From NCBI GenBank assembly GCA_003693705.1, contig RBZT01000267.1:150467-214466 (forward strand): a stretch of DNA of 64,000 nucleotides, written 5' to 3'. The notes beneath the pieces are model-generated. The model did not search any database. It was not told where the DNA came from and saw nothing but the letters and a program-made list of their open reading frames with translations. This DNA comes from Polymyxa betae A26-41 (Eukaryota; Protista; Endomyxa: Phytomyxea). The translations under genes and the position numbers were made by a program. How positions within the stretch are numbered: position 1 is the stretch's first letter; each line of letters begins with the position of its first letter. This document shows positions 39,810 through 51,051 of this stretch, piece after piece.

Positions 39810-41571
39810 ATGAGTAAAAAGTCGAAGAAAGGCGGCGGCAAGAAGGCGGCCGCTGAACCTGAAGCTGCACCAGATCAATATGATATAATGGATAGCGACC
39901 AATTGAAATTGGCGATTGTTGAGATGACAGCTCGACTAAAGGATATCAAACAGCAGAGGATCAGTCAACAAGTTGAACGTGTAAAGATATGGGATGATAT
40001 CAACCTATCTCGTGACTTTCTATGTTCTTAGGACCAATTGCAACAGTTCTTAGATATTGCACATAGTGAAGTGGTGGAGAAAGAAGGTGCCATTGAATTA
40101 ATAGAGTATGAGATGGAGAAGAAGCAGGAGACACAGCAGAATGATATTCGATGGTATATGTCAAAAGTGACACATTTAGAAGTCGATCATCAAGCCAGTA
40201 TTCAAGCTGTAATGCGAAACCATGCTGAAATAGCTGCCACTCATTTCGATTCAGATTGAGCAAGAAAATCAAAATAATCTGCAAGCGGAGATTACGAGAT
40301 CGGAAGCCAGGCGCGAACAGCTTCGTCAGCAACGGTTGGAGCTGGAGAATAAGCTACAGGAGGACAGCTTGGCACACGAACAGGCTATTCGCAACTTGCT
40401 GGTTTTACAGCAGAAAGAGATGCGGAAACTGAATCAGGAATTTGAGCGTCAATCGAATCAGCTGGCGACAAGATATCAGACGAAACTTGCACAACTAAAG
40501 GACGATCTTGAGCTACAACGTAAAGTATGCAGATCCGTATATGAGAGATTTACGAAACAACTTATTGATGATCGGATTAGATGGAGATTCATGAGATCCA
40601 GGAGCGTAAAAATCTTCATATCAACGACTTGATGAGAAATCACGAGAAGTCGTTCAACGAGATGAGGGATTATTATAATTCCATCACTCGCGATAATCTC
40701 GCATTGATTAATTCGTTGAAGGATGAACTCGCTGAACTGAAAGCCAAAGCTGTTGTTAATCAGAGAATCATTGAAGAGATTCAGCAAGAGAATAAGTTTG
40801 TTAATGCGTCTTCATATGATGCTGATTCTGAACTTGATTTTAGGAAGCTCACGGAGCCTTTGTCACAAACTGAAAATGAGCTGAAAGAACTGAAATCGAA
40901 ACTGTCGAACTACATGAAAGAAAAACGTTCCCTGAAGCTAGCTAAAACCAGAGCAGCGCAATTCGAAGCTCAGCTAAAGCGCGAGCAGGCAACTGTATGT
41001 GATTGATCATTCGGGGGTTTAGGCTGACTGATTTCGATTCGTGTAGATGGACGCCTTGAGAGACACATTTAAAGAAGTGGAATCAGATCGAGATCGACTT
41101 TATAATCAGTTCGAATCGGTAGTTCGGGAGATGCAGACGAAATCGGGAGAGAAAGCAGCCGAATTAGAAAAGAAGGTCGATCAACTGATTGAACGGTGCA
41201 ACTGGTTATATTCGGCGCGTATCATTACAGTTCTGATTGATGCTTAGTTATGCCCGCAAATCGAATCAGTTTGGAGAAGTGTTATCAGCCGCTAATCTTG
41301 ATACTCAAGTGGTTCGTGAACTGACGACAAAACTCGATGCGGTCCTGGATTCAAAGAACACCCAGATTAAGCATCTTTATGCTGAGATCGCCAAAGCCTC
41401 CAGAGTAAGCCTTGAGACTCTTAGTGCGGTCCAAAAACTGATTATGGAACTGATCAGGCCCATGACGATCTGATTCACGTCTACAATGCAAAACTTCCTG
41501 AACTTGGCGTTCCTGTCAAAGACATATCAATGCCATTGCTATTAGACCCTCCTGGATCTTCTTCATTCTGA
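39810..41571 (+). CDS. GAS8: Growth arrest-specific 8 / dynein regulatory complex subunit 4
   Basis: EIHEIQERKNLHINDLMRNHEKSFNEMRDYYNSITRDNLALINSLK; KAHDDLIHVYNAKLPELGVP. Confidence 0.93.
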
Positions 41572-41627
41572 TCTTTAATTAATAATCACAAACTAATACC
41601 TGTATAACATTTATAAGTATATTACAT

Positions 41628-43712
41628 TTATCTTATATATTTAACATCAAAAGATCGCCTGGCTCCAGGACTTACGACGTGGATTGTATCATACCCAACA
41701 TCATGACTTGAAGGAATCTGCATGCTCGCGAACATTTCGTTGACAGCTAGCCTTTTCTGTCTTTGTCTATAACGAATGGACAACACGATGAGAATCAAGG
41801 CGAAAGCTATTGAAACGGTTATGATGATGGGGAGTTTCCAAGCAGAGAGGAGACGAATCAGAGAAAATCCGGAAATGTCCTTTGTGGATTCTGATGTTGT
41901 AATTCCCAGTTCAGAATCAGCCACAGCCATCATTTGAGGATTCCTGCCGGAAATGTTCTGTGTGGATTCTGATGTTGTAGTTCCCAGTTCATCAACAGCC
42001 CCAGCCATCATTTGAGAATTCCTGCCGCTTGCATCGTATCCAATAACTTGAACCAAATTAACTTTCTGTCAAAGACAGCTACGTGGCTTACATGAATTTT
42101 TCGAGTTATTGGCATTCTCCTCCGGTAAGCCATCGGCCTTCTGGACTGACGGTTGAGGATGATTACGAGATAGATCTGGATGATCAAAGGCTGCATCGAA
42201 GTCGTCTCCGAATTGGTAAGATCCTTCAAATCCATCTTGGAATGAAGGTTTAGAGGTAGGAGATGGATCTGGTTGACCAGATGGTGAATCGCGCCCGTCG
42301 CTCGGTTGGTCAAATTCTTCTAAGCACGGTTGGTTATTCCCATTGGCAACGATACAAGTTTCGAATTATACTGTTGGCGTAGTTGACCGAGTGCAGAATG
42401 TCTGCCGAGAGGGAGCCCTTGCCATCAGAATGTTTAAGTTGAGAGAGTTGTGAATCGAAAGATTCCACAGTGCGTTCTACAGCAACGAGCTGGTCGACAG
42501 CTGCGATCTCGCCAACACCGGCAGCTGTTAAGAGCGACCCAGGCTCTGAACTCTCGGGTAATTCATCAGAATAGATGGCAGCCCCATTTTTATCTGAAAC
42601 TGCCACTTTTGGGATGGAGTCAGCTCGAGAAGATTCTTGTAATTCGTCGAAATCCTCAGCAACGATCTCTTTGTCGGAAAGAGTGCCGTCATTGGTCAGA
42701 GATTCGGAGTTTTCAAGCTGATTGAAAAATTCCAAATCATTTGAATCACTATGTAACTTTGCTGCAGGATCTTCGAGGGTGACATTATCATCATACTCAT
42801 ATCGAACTGATTGGGACAAATCGAATTCACTTTCAGATAAGCGTGAAGATGAATCAAATTCTTGAGGAACAGGTTCTTGACAAAAAGCAGGACCTGCTGA
42901 AGCATCTAGTTGTTCTTCAGTGTGTTCCTCTTCAGAAAACAGAGAAGCCAGATCTAAAGATATTTCTGATTCGTTTTCAGAAACAGCGGCCTTATCATTA
43001 GATGGAATGTTATCTTTCGATGGTTTGTCTGACATTCCTTCAATGATAGTCGTGTCATCAAGAATGGGATTGGTATTATTCACAGGCAATGGATGCATGT
43101 CCGAATCCAGCAATGGAACCACTGGCTCTATGACGTTAGGTTGTTCTGATACTGATTCGTTAAAGCTAGCAGGAGCATTGAAGAAATGAGGTTCCAGAAC
43201 AGGGCGGCGTTCTGTAACAAAGTCGTGAGCGATATACAGCTAAAACTACAGCAAGCACACCTTCCAGGTCATGATCGTTTTTAAGATCGAAGAATGATTG
43301 ACCATTATCAACTGTAGACGGAGAATTGCTTTGCGTTGACTCCAAAATCTGGCTTCGTTGTGACGAGGCCTTGGGATCAACATCTATCACAACATCTTCG
43401 CTTTAAAAAAATTGCAACAGAATTTCAACGCTTTACCACTATTGGTTTTCGCATCAAGGCCTTGGCTACTGTTGTCATCTGCTGTGGTTTGAGTCGAAGC
43501 AGAGGAATTACTGGTCGTTGATCGTTCAGCAGGGTTCGCCTGTGCGTATCATATTTAGATTCGACTTATGAGAACAGCAGCAAAACAACAACCGCATTTA
43601 TGAAATCGTACACGTTCGAGAACAGTTTAATGATATCTTTGGCATCGGGATTAGAAGCTTGGATAACATTAACAGCCAGAGCTGTTGCCAGCAATATCGC
43701 AGCAAATTTCAT
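41628..43712 (-). CDS. Acidic low-complexity type I membrane/surface protein A
   Basis: Signal peptide MKFAAILLATALAVNVIQAS; D/E/S-rich ectodomain; TM IIITVSIAFALILIVLSI followed by RYRQRQKR. Confidence 0.75.
41869..42026. repeat. 78-bp (26-aa) tandem duplication in the juxtamembrane stalk
   Basis: SGRNSQMMAGAVDELGTTTSESTQNI / SGRNPQMMAVADSELGITTSESTKDI. Confidence 0.9.
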
Positions 43713-44271
43713 GATTGCAAGTTTGCAGTTACTAATGAATATGATTATGAAGATGTGAAGGGAAAAGGTGTTGGAAATAATGAGTGATTAGGTAGAAGAT
43801 ATGAGAGGGACAGTCCCTATTCACTGTCATTGTGTTACATTAAATGGACAGTCACAGAGTCTATAGAGATTGCATCTTCTATACCAGGTAGCAGTGCATT
43901 AATATGAAGAGGTAGCCTCCAACAGTCACAGGACTCAAACAGTATCCATGCAACACTGACGAGCACAGAAACACCTGCTAGGCTCCTAGAGAACCGTGAT
44001 CGTGCTGTAACTTGGAGTCCAAGGCGTTTATTGTCGATTGGTTAGGGATGAATATAGCTGTGGGTATAATAAATAAGGGTACTACTGTACATTGAAATGA
44101 GACATGAGAGTAGTGAGAGCGCGGAGTTGTTAGGGGAAGAGAGAAGAGGCTGCGCTCCTGTCGTTCATGTGACATTGCATTGTGATAGAAGAGACCCCTC
44201 TCGCCCTACTTCTTACTTGTTCTGTCTATCGCCTAACAACTTCCATTCTTGATCGTCTGGTCGTCGATATC

Positions 44272-45627
44272 ATGTCTCCCGTTATGGATTGGGAAGCACA
44301 AGATTCACAGACCCAGGCCTATTTTCATGTATGGTCTTTTGATCCAATGCTATTGTCAATTTGGTCATGAATTCGTCCAGGTCCAGATACTCGACATGCA
44401 TTCCGGCAAAGTTCTTTGTCAGTTCGATGATAACTGGAAGACATGTTGGATTGAAGCAGCACACGTCAGACCAACGGTGCCTTCCAAAGAGTCAAATCCT
44501 GGTCAATTTCACCCGGGACAGACCGTAGAAGTTCATACTCGTAGAAATAATGAACAGCCACTGGGATGGTGGAAAGCTACTGTCAAGAATATCAAACAAA
44601 ATGTACGTTTTATTTGATTTTAAATAAGACGGTTTTTAGTCAACCCCGAGTCCAAATAGTGTTATTTAAACTTATATCTCCCAGGTAGCTTGCGTCCAGT
44701 TTCTAAACGCTGGTGAATGCGATTTAGTGGAGCTTCAAGAGATGCGGAGGCTTGATCCTCAACTCAGTATTGATCTGAGTCGCTACAAGAAGATGGAAAT
44801 GACATTGCCTGAAAATCTTAGTTTTAAGGTGTCCTCAGGCTCTTGTAGGGTCTTTTGTCGTCGAGTCGTTTGAAGTTGATCTGATTTTGATTAGTGGATA
44901 ATGATGCTGATTTTATCGCGATCCTACCTTCGGTTAGGCAGCGATGCTCGTTAGTTGCTATCAGCTATCGTCCAGCTAAGCACCAAATTGTTGTAATCGG
45001 AGAAGACTATGCATTAGAGTTATCACGCCCAGTGATTGATATGGCTGTAGCTCAACGAGGGCAATTACAGCAAATGCGTCGAACTACTGAGGATTTAAAA
45101 CGGGAACTGTCCAGGATTACGTCGAGAGAGCATACTCGAGAGAAGAATAACGATTCCCAGCCTGATGGGGTTTGAAGTCTCTATGTGAACTTATCAAACG
45201 TCTCTAAATTATTTGTTGACAGAGAAATAATGCTGTTGAAGAATTTAAGCTGGATCCCGCTTTGATTGGAGCTGTGATCGGCCGGGGCGGCAAGCGAATC
45301 AATAAGATTCAATCTGCGCCTGGAATAGTGAAGATCAACATTGATGCAGAGTCCGCTACAGTTACTATCGTTGGAGATTCCAAGGTCAGCGTACGTCGTG
45401 CTCGAGATGCTCTTGAACTGGTCGAATCTCGAGTGTCAATCCCTTCCGAATCGATAGAGACTGCTAATGAAATTGTCAAAGACGTTGAATCAAGGAGTAA
45501 CCTGCAGCGAATACGTGTTGATCAGACGGGTGAAGGCAAAGACTGTTCCTTATCTATTGTAATCACTGGAAAGAAAGCTGCCGTTAATTGGGCCATCCAT
45601 CACATTAGACGTCAAATTGGCATTTAA
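44272..45627 (+). CDS. FMR1/FXR-like protein A (tandem Agenet + KH0/KH1 + degenerate KH2)
   Basis: CQFDDNWK..VRP..VEVHTRRNNEQPLGWWKATVKNIK; EEFKLDPALIGAVIGRGGKRINKIQSAPGIVKINID..VRRARDALE. Confidence 0.85.
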
Positions 45628-45820
45628 ACGCAAATATCTTTTTGTTGTCTACTTTTTCTGTGCAATGTTGTTTCTTAAGAGTGGCAATAATATCATCTAT
45701 AAGTTGTGGGAACCCAATTTTGAATATGACGATATTCTGTAGCAACGTTTTTTTATACGAACAGAGCTGATGATAGAGACCTGAAAAGATCATTTGTTGT
45801 TGCGCATCTACTTCGATATC

Positions 45821-46273
45821 ATGAGCTGTCTCCGTCGCGTTCCTTCGGTTCGTTTGATCTTCGGCACTCGCTCGCTTGCGACAGGCACCGTCAAAGTGCT
45901 TATACTTGTACTCGATCAACTTTGTGTTAACCTGTTGTAGTGGTTTAATCGCCCCAAAGGATTTGGGTTCATCATCTGTGATGATAGCAAGAGCGACGTC
46001 TTCGTACATCATACCGCCATCAAATCGGACGGATATCGCTATCTGAACGATGGTGAGCGTGTCGAATTTGATGTTGCTGGTCCAGAAGATCGTCGTCATG
46101 CAGCAAATGTCACTGCAGGTCAGTTTGCTTCTCTTCAATCCGTCTCGCTCGGTGTATTAACTTTAAACTTAGAGGGAGGAGGCCCCTTTATTCGTGAAAA
46201 TACTTACCGACCAGATTTGGACTTGTCATCATTCACCAAGAATATGGATTTTGATAAACTGAAAGAATACTAG
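45821..46273 (+). CDS. Cold-shock-domain protein with mitochondrial-type presequence
   Basis: MSCLRRVPSVRLIFGTRSLATGTVK|WFNRPKGFGFIICDDSKSDVFVHHTAIKSDGYRYLNDGERVEFDV..AANVT; two introns. Confidence 0.9.
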
Positions 46274-46320
46274 ATGGGCTGGTTATTACTATGAGTCTTT
46301 ACATTGCTGAGCCTAATTTG

Positions 46321-47221
46321 TTACTGCTCCTGCAGATATTTTGTGGTAGTATCTTTGGCAAGACTGAGAAACCAATAATTGGGATGTTCAGGATTGTGCT
46401 CGTCGATCCAGACGATCCCGAGCTCCAAAAGCAAATTCAGAACTTTCTCGAGACGGTGAATTGGCCATTGAAGTCGCTGGCAGAAATCTGATTTGGTTCC
46501 ATGGCCTGACATAGCTTGTGCATTAGCTAGAAGATCGGTATGATCGGTGTTGAATTCCGCTGGAACTGACAATATCATTGGTTGATTATTGACAAATACC
46601 ATCCCGAACCCCTGACCCAGAATTTTCACCTACACCGATCAATTGCTTTCAAATCTGGAACAATAAATTACCTTATCGATGGCTCGGCGAACATCATCAA
46701 TGGAGATTGGTTGTGCAGAAGAGCCTCTCTTCTTTTGAAGACGCCGCATTAACTCATTCAACGATATCAGCCCCCCTTGGAGCCGATTAGTTTTGAGCAT
46801 TGCAGATTCTATTGATTAGTACCATTTTGCATACGAGTTGACAAACATACATCTATTATCTGAATACTAAGCTCATAATAGAATTCTCCGACGCCAAGCA
46901 GTTCAGCCCAGAATCCTTTGTTAGACGCTAGAGGATCTACACCAATACGATTGCACATTTTGGTAAAATGTGCACGAAATTGTGGATTTGATCGGATATC
47001 TTTCTTATATTTGATTGCGAAAGCTTCCAAGTTCGTCTTGAATGTTTCAAGGCAGCCCCTGATCTGAATGAAGACGAGATAGAGCTCTTAACTATGGTGA
47101 ACTATCACAAGACACTCACATGCGTTATCTGGGTCTGCTCGAGCTCTTTACCAGCAGATTTGAATTTCTCTGCTGCTGCCTTCCTCTTCTGCACAGCGCT
47201 TACACCGATACCACGACGCAT
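46321..47221 (-). CDS. SNF8: ESCRT-II subunit SNF8/VPS22
   Basis: [10 protein letters not shown]; [37 protein letters not shown]; [12 protein letters not shown]; WIDEH..YWF. Confidence 0.95.
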
Positions 47222-47335
47222 CTCTCTAATTAACACCGATTGGCTCTATGATAATCCGTACTGCAGAAATGCTCCAATCTAATGACAAATGCATTATCTT
47301 GAATAAGGCGATCAAATACGAGCAGAGTAATAATT

Positions 47336-48514
47336 TTATTGGTGCTGGCCTGCTGAAAGGAAAGAGCCAAACGAGTCTTCATCTTCATCGTCAGTTTCCC
47401 GATATAGAAACTGTTGCTGTGGAGGTGATAGCACAGGAGGGATCTGATTACTGTCTAATGTTGGTAAATTAGGCAGTACAAATGTATTTGACGCTACATA
47501 ATCGATTATGCTAAAATCAACATCTGTTTCAGCTCTCCCGGCTTCATTATTGTTGCTACTAATGCTGGGGTCATTTCTGATAGGTTTGCTATCATCGATT
47601 TTGGACTCCTCATGTTGGAGATATCGCTCACATTTGGATAATTGGTCAAGGATGGATGCATTGAAATCAAATGCACTAGAACGGTGACGAAATCCGATGC
47701 CAAGAAAGGCGACCTGTCCAGAAATCGAGTTCTTAAATCGAACCACGAAATATCGTGATGTATCGAGAGTTGGTTCAATACAAAGTCGAATTGCTTTCAA
47801 CCGAGCTGACTTGCTGGGTTCAGACTGCCGACAGATTCGCTGTAGATCAATCAGGTCGCTATTAGCGAATACATTCCCTGTACGGGGGTCGTACAGCCTC
47901 AGGAAGACGATATAATCATCTGATGATAAAATACGTAAAGCACCAGACCAGAGTGGGTTCTCCAATTTCCAACTTTGTGCATAATGTCCTTGTGCATCAC
48001 GACGAGGTGGAATCTGATAAACAAATACTTCGGGGATTGTTAGAAGTGATATCTCAGTTTTAGGGACAGCTGATACAGACACCTCCCTTTCAGATCTTTG
48101 CACTTTCGATAATGAAACTGTATGCGGATCTGGGTAGCTGTCTATTTGCGGCTCGCTTTGATTTGGTGAAAAATCAGCATTATATCGAGATGCGAATTCA
48201 TCGAATCTGATAAGAAACTGGGTCCAGAAATGCGATTCTGATGTATGACCAGGCACTAGACGATACCTCAGTTCTGCTAAACGAGGCTCGTATCGAATTG
48301 CTGCTTCACAGATTGATGATCTCTCATCAAGGTCGGGAATCTGATTGGCATCCAGTAAATCTGATATCGGGGCTGTGAATGCTCCAGATATATCGTCACC
48401 AAACTGCGCTTGGAGATCGTCGTAGAACTCCATAAACATCTGCTGTTGCTGGCTGAGCTCAGAGTCTTCCGCCAACCCATAATCAGGGTCAATGACTGAC
48501 GTCGTGTTTCCCAT
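47336..48514 (-). CDS. BSD-domain + NECAP PHear-domain protein (intronless)
   Basis: MGNTTS; PRLAELRYRLVPGHTSESHFWTQF (BSD); IPEVFVYQIPPR..GHYAQSW..LWSGALR..IEPTLDTSRYFVVR..AFLGIGFRHRSSAFDFNASILD (NECAP). Confidence 0.88.
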   Translation of the reverse strand: MGNTTSVIDPDYGLAEDSELSQQQQMFMEFYDDLQAQFGDDISGAFTAPISDLLDANQIPDLDERSSICEAAIRYEPRLAELRYRLVPGHTSESHFWTQFLIRFDEFASRYNADFSPNQSEPQIDSYPDPHTVSLSKVQRSEREVSVSAVPKTEISLLTIPEVFVYQIPPRRDAQGHYAQSWKLENPLWSGALRILSSDDYIVFLRLYDPRTGNVFANSDLIDLQRICRQSEPSKSARLKAIRLCIEPTLDTSRYFVVRFKNSISGQVAFLGIGFRHRSSAFDFNASILDQLSKCERYLQHEESKIDDSKPIRNDPSISSNNNEAGRAETDVDFSIIDYVASNTFVLPNLPTLDSNQIPPVLSPPQQQFLYRETDDEDEDSFGSFLSAGQHQ

Positions 48515-48736
48515 AATAACCCGTGCCGACACAATTACTAAGTTCAGATGAGCATTACGTTTGGATTTTGACTTCACTTCCGAAGATCAGATGGAATATG
48601 AAAGTGAATGATATTTACTGTAATATGAATGAATGAATGCTGTATAGGAAGTTGCAGCCTTTAGTTATGTTACATATCAATAAGATCACTCTATATTATG
48701 CATGATCATCTGTAGATAGTTGTATATTTATATGAT

Positions 48737-48915
48737 NNNNNNNNNNNNNNNNNNNNNNNNNNNNNNNNNNNNNNNNNNNNNNNNNNNNNNNNNNNNNNNN
48801 NNNNNNNNNNNNNNNNNNNNNNNNNNNNNNNNNNNNNNNNNNNNNNNNNNNNNNNNNNNNNNNNNNNNNNNNNNNNNNNNNNNNNNNNNNNNNNNNNNNN
48901 NNNNNNNNNNNNNNN
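48737..48915. other. Scaffold gap (179 N)
   Basis: Run of N flanked on both sides by tgtatatttatatgat. Confidence 0.99.
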
Positions 48916-49234
48916 TGTATATTTATATGATCATACAGCTTATCGTACAAGTGCAATTATTGCATGTATATGGGACTGTTCTCCCATCTCATATGTCTAA
49001 AGCATGCTAGCCATTTAATATTGGGGTTGATGATGGTTAGCTAAAAGACAAGCAGCAGACAACACCTGGACATAGGAATGAATGTTATCTGCTTCATGTA
49101 TTAATAATTTGTTAGGGTTAGGGGTACGACTGTATGGGGGGGAGGGGTCCCCTTTACCACAGGGTTATGTATGTCATACTGGACCATGGTCGACTATATG
49201 CAGGGCCCGCCTTTATCAATCAGATTAATTGACC

Positions 49235-50785
49235 ATGATCTTATCCATCTATCTTGCTGCTCTGGTTTTTATACATTTTGATCATATCGATGCACAGCCT
49301 ATCAAAGGGGATTCACAGCGTCAGCCATGGGCTTGCAACGAGAGCTCCTTCTGGCAATCGATTCTGTCTGATGAGAATGAGGGCCCTCGGTGGATTTGCC
49401 TAAGCTTGTTAGTCTCGAGTGCTTATTAGAACTACAGAGTTGTACATAAAGCTAATACGTTCACAAATCGCAATGAACCAGATTCTGATAAGGTGGCGTT
49501 CTGGCGTTGGGCAGCTTGATAAATCTGACTTGGTGACTTACAGGATATTAGTAGCAATGAAATGGTTAGCAATACGGAATCTGATCTTGAGTCCGCTACC
49601 ATTTCCAGTAATATTAACGAGAAAACGTCCAGTGAACTCAACGACTTGGATGCCGATGCATTCCCCCCCGAGGAATCGCTAAATTCTGCCAAAAACTCTC
49701 ATTCTGCAACCATAGCTTATCAAGCCGATGAATGCGATGCTGACGATGACAGTCTTGTCGAATTGTTGGCTGAATCTCTTTATTCTTTCATAATAGAGTT
49801 AGTAACTGTAAGCTAGCGATACTCCATTTGTGTTGGTGAACTAACATGGTTGACTACAGGAAGAGCTAAAAGCCACTACTGTACAAACAGATTTACAAAG
49901 TGATCGGAGCGAAGCAGAAGATTTTGAAGTAATTCATGCCTTATTGCTTTTTTGTGTTGAAATGCGAATTTCATTCAGGTGGTCACTGCGGATCATCAAT
50001 ATAAATATCCAGAAAAAGCTGATCGAAAACCAAATCTAATTGAACGCCTGGGAATTGCGTCATTTGGTAAATGGAAGCAATAAACACAGTTGAACTATCT
50101 GAAGCCCATCGCAGGAACAAATAACCATGAAGCTCCTTGTGAAGTTGAAGAAATGATCAGGAAGATTGAAAACACAGTTCCTTTTGCTCAGGTAATGATG
50201 TCTCCTTAGATATGCCAAAATCCCTTGACAGCTTAGCAATCATGTCACATTTAGCTCATTTTTAAATGCTAGGCGGAAGAGCCCTCTTGTGATATCATCC
50301 GCAATGAAGATGGAAGCGAAAGGCAGGACGTGGCCCTTGAAAAAGATGTTTATCAAAATTCGGGTCAGGGCGCAGACGATGAAAACGGTCGAGATCCTGC
50401 TCATGATCAAAAGAGCTGTGAGAAGTTGGACGAAAGGAAGGAAGTCCAGTACAAGATATCAGCAATTCCGTCTACAATCCCACATGATAGGCAAAACTCT
50501 GGTACCAAGAAACATCTGATACCAGTAATGTATGTATCAGGCCTGATGGGAATCGTCATTGCTTTCATTGCATTTTACCTATATTATCTGCATTATCGCC
50601 GACGCTTACAGGCGAATTGGATTGCGTCTGAAGAAAAAGCGATGTCTGTAGCTGAAGAAGATTCTGATACGGAAAGGCCTTTTTCAACCTTCGTCCAAAT
50701 GCAATCGCCAGGGAATGTGGACACAGTTAAAACCAATCGTTGGAACTTTTACTCTGTGATCACCTGGTGCAAATCGCGATTATAA
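49235..50785 (+). CDS. Acidic low-complexity type I membrane/surface protein B
   Basis: Signal peptide MILSIYLAALVFIHFDHIDA; acidic exons; TM LIPVMYVSGLMGIVIAFIAFYLYYL followed by HYRRR. Confidence 0.72.
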
Positions 50786-51051
50786 TCAAGTGTAATTCAG
50801 AGTGTACAGTTGAATAACTTAGCGTCTGGTTAAAGGCTCAAGTGATAATATATCTTGCCAGTGCAAACAATACATGTTCCACAAATATCAACCATAAAAG
50901 TAAAGCTATTATAAAACCTGTTATTACATTTTTACACAAAAACTGGCTACAGACAATCACTGATGAATCTTTATAAAGATTATGGACCGTTGTAATGAGG
51001 AACACCGGGGAAATGTGTCTGTCGTTAGTTGAAGCCATGGTATCGATATCA

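Noticed and set aside
45605-46138. 177-aa minus-strand ORF
   Set aside because: It is antisense to the clear cold-shock-domain gene.
44272-46273. FXR-CSD fusion as a single gene
   Set aside because: FXR-A has a stop at 45627, and the CSD gene has its own ATG and presequence.
48721-48931. 16-bp direct repeat flanking the N gap as a transposon target-site duplication
   Set aside because: It is more simply explained as overlapping contig ends in scaffolding. The ORFs spanning the Ns are artefacts.
49111-49124. TTAGGGTTAGGG telomere-like tract
   Set aside because: Only two units; too short to call an interstitial telomere.
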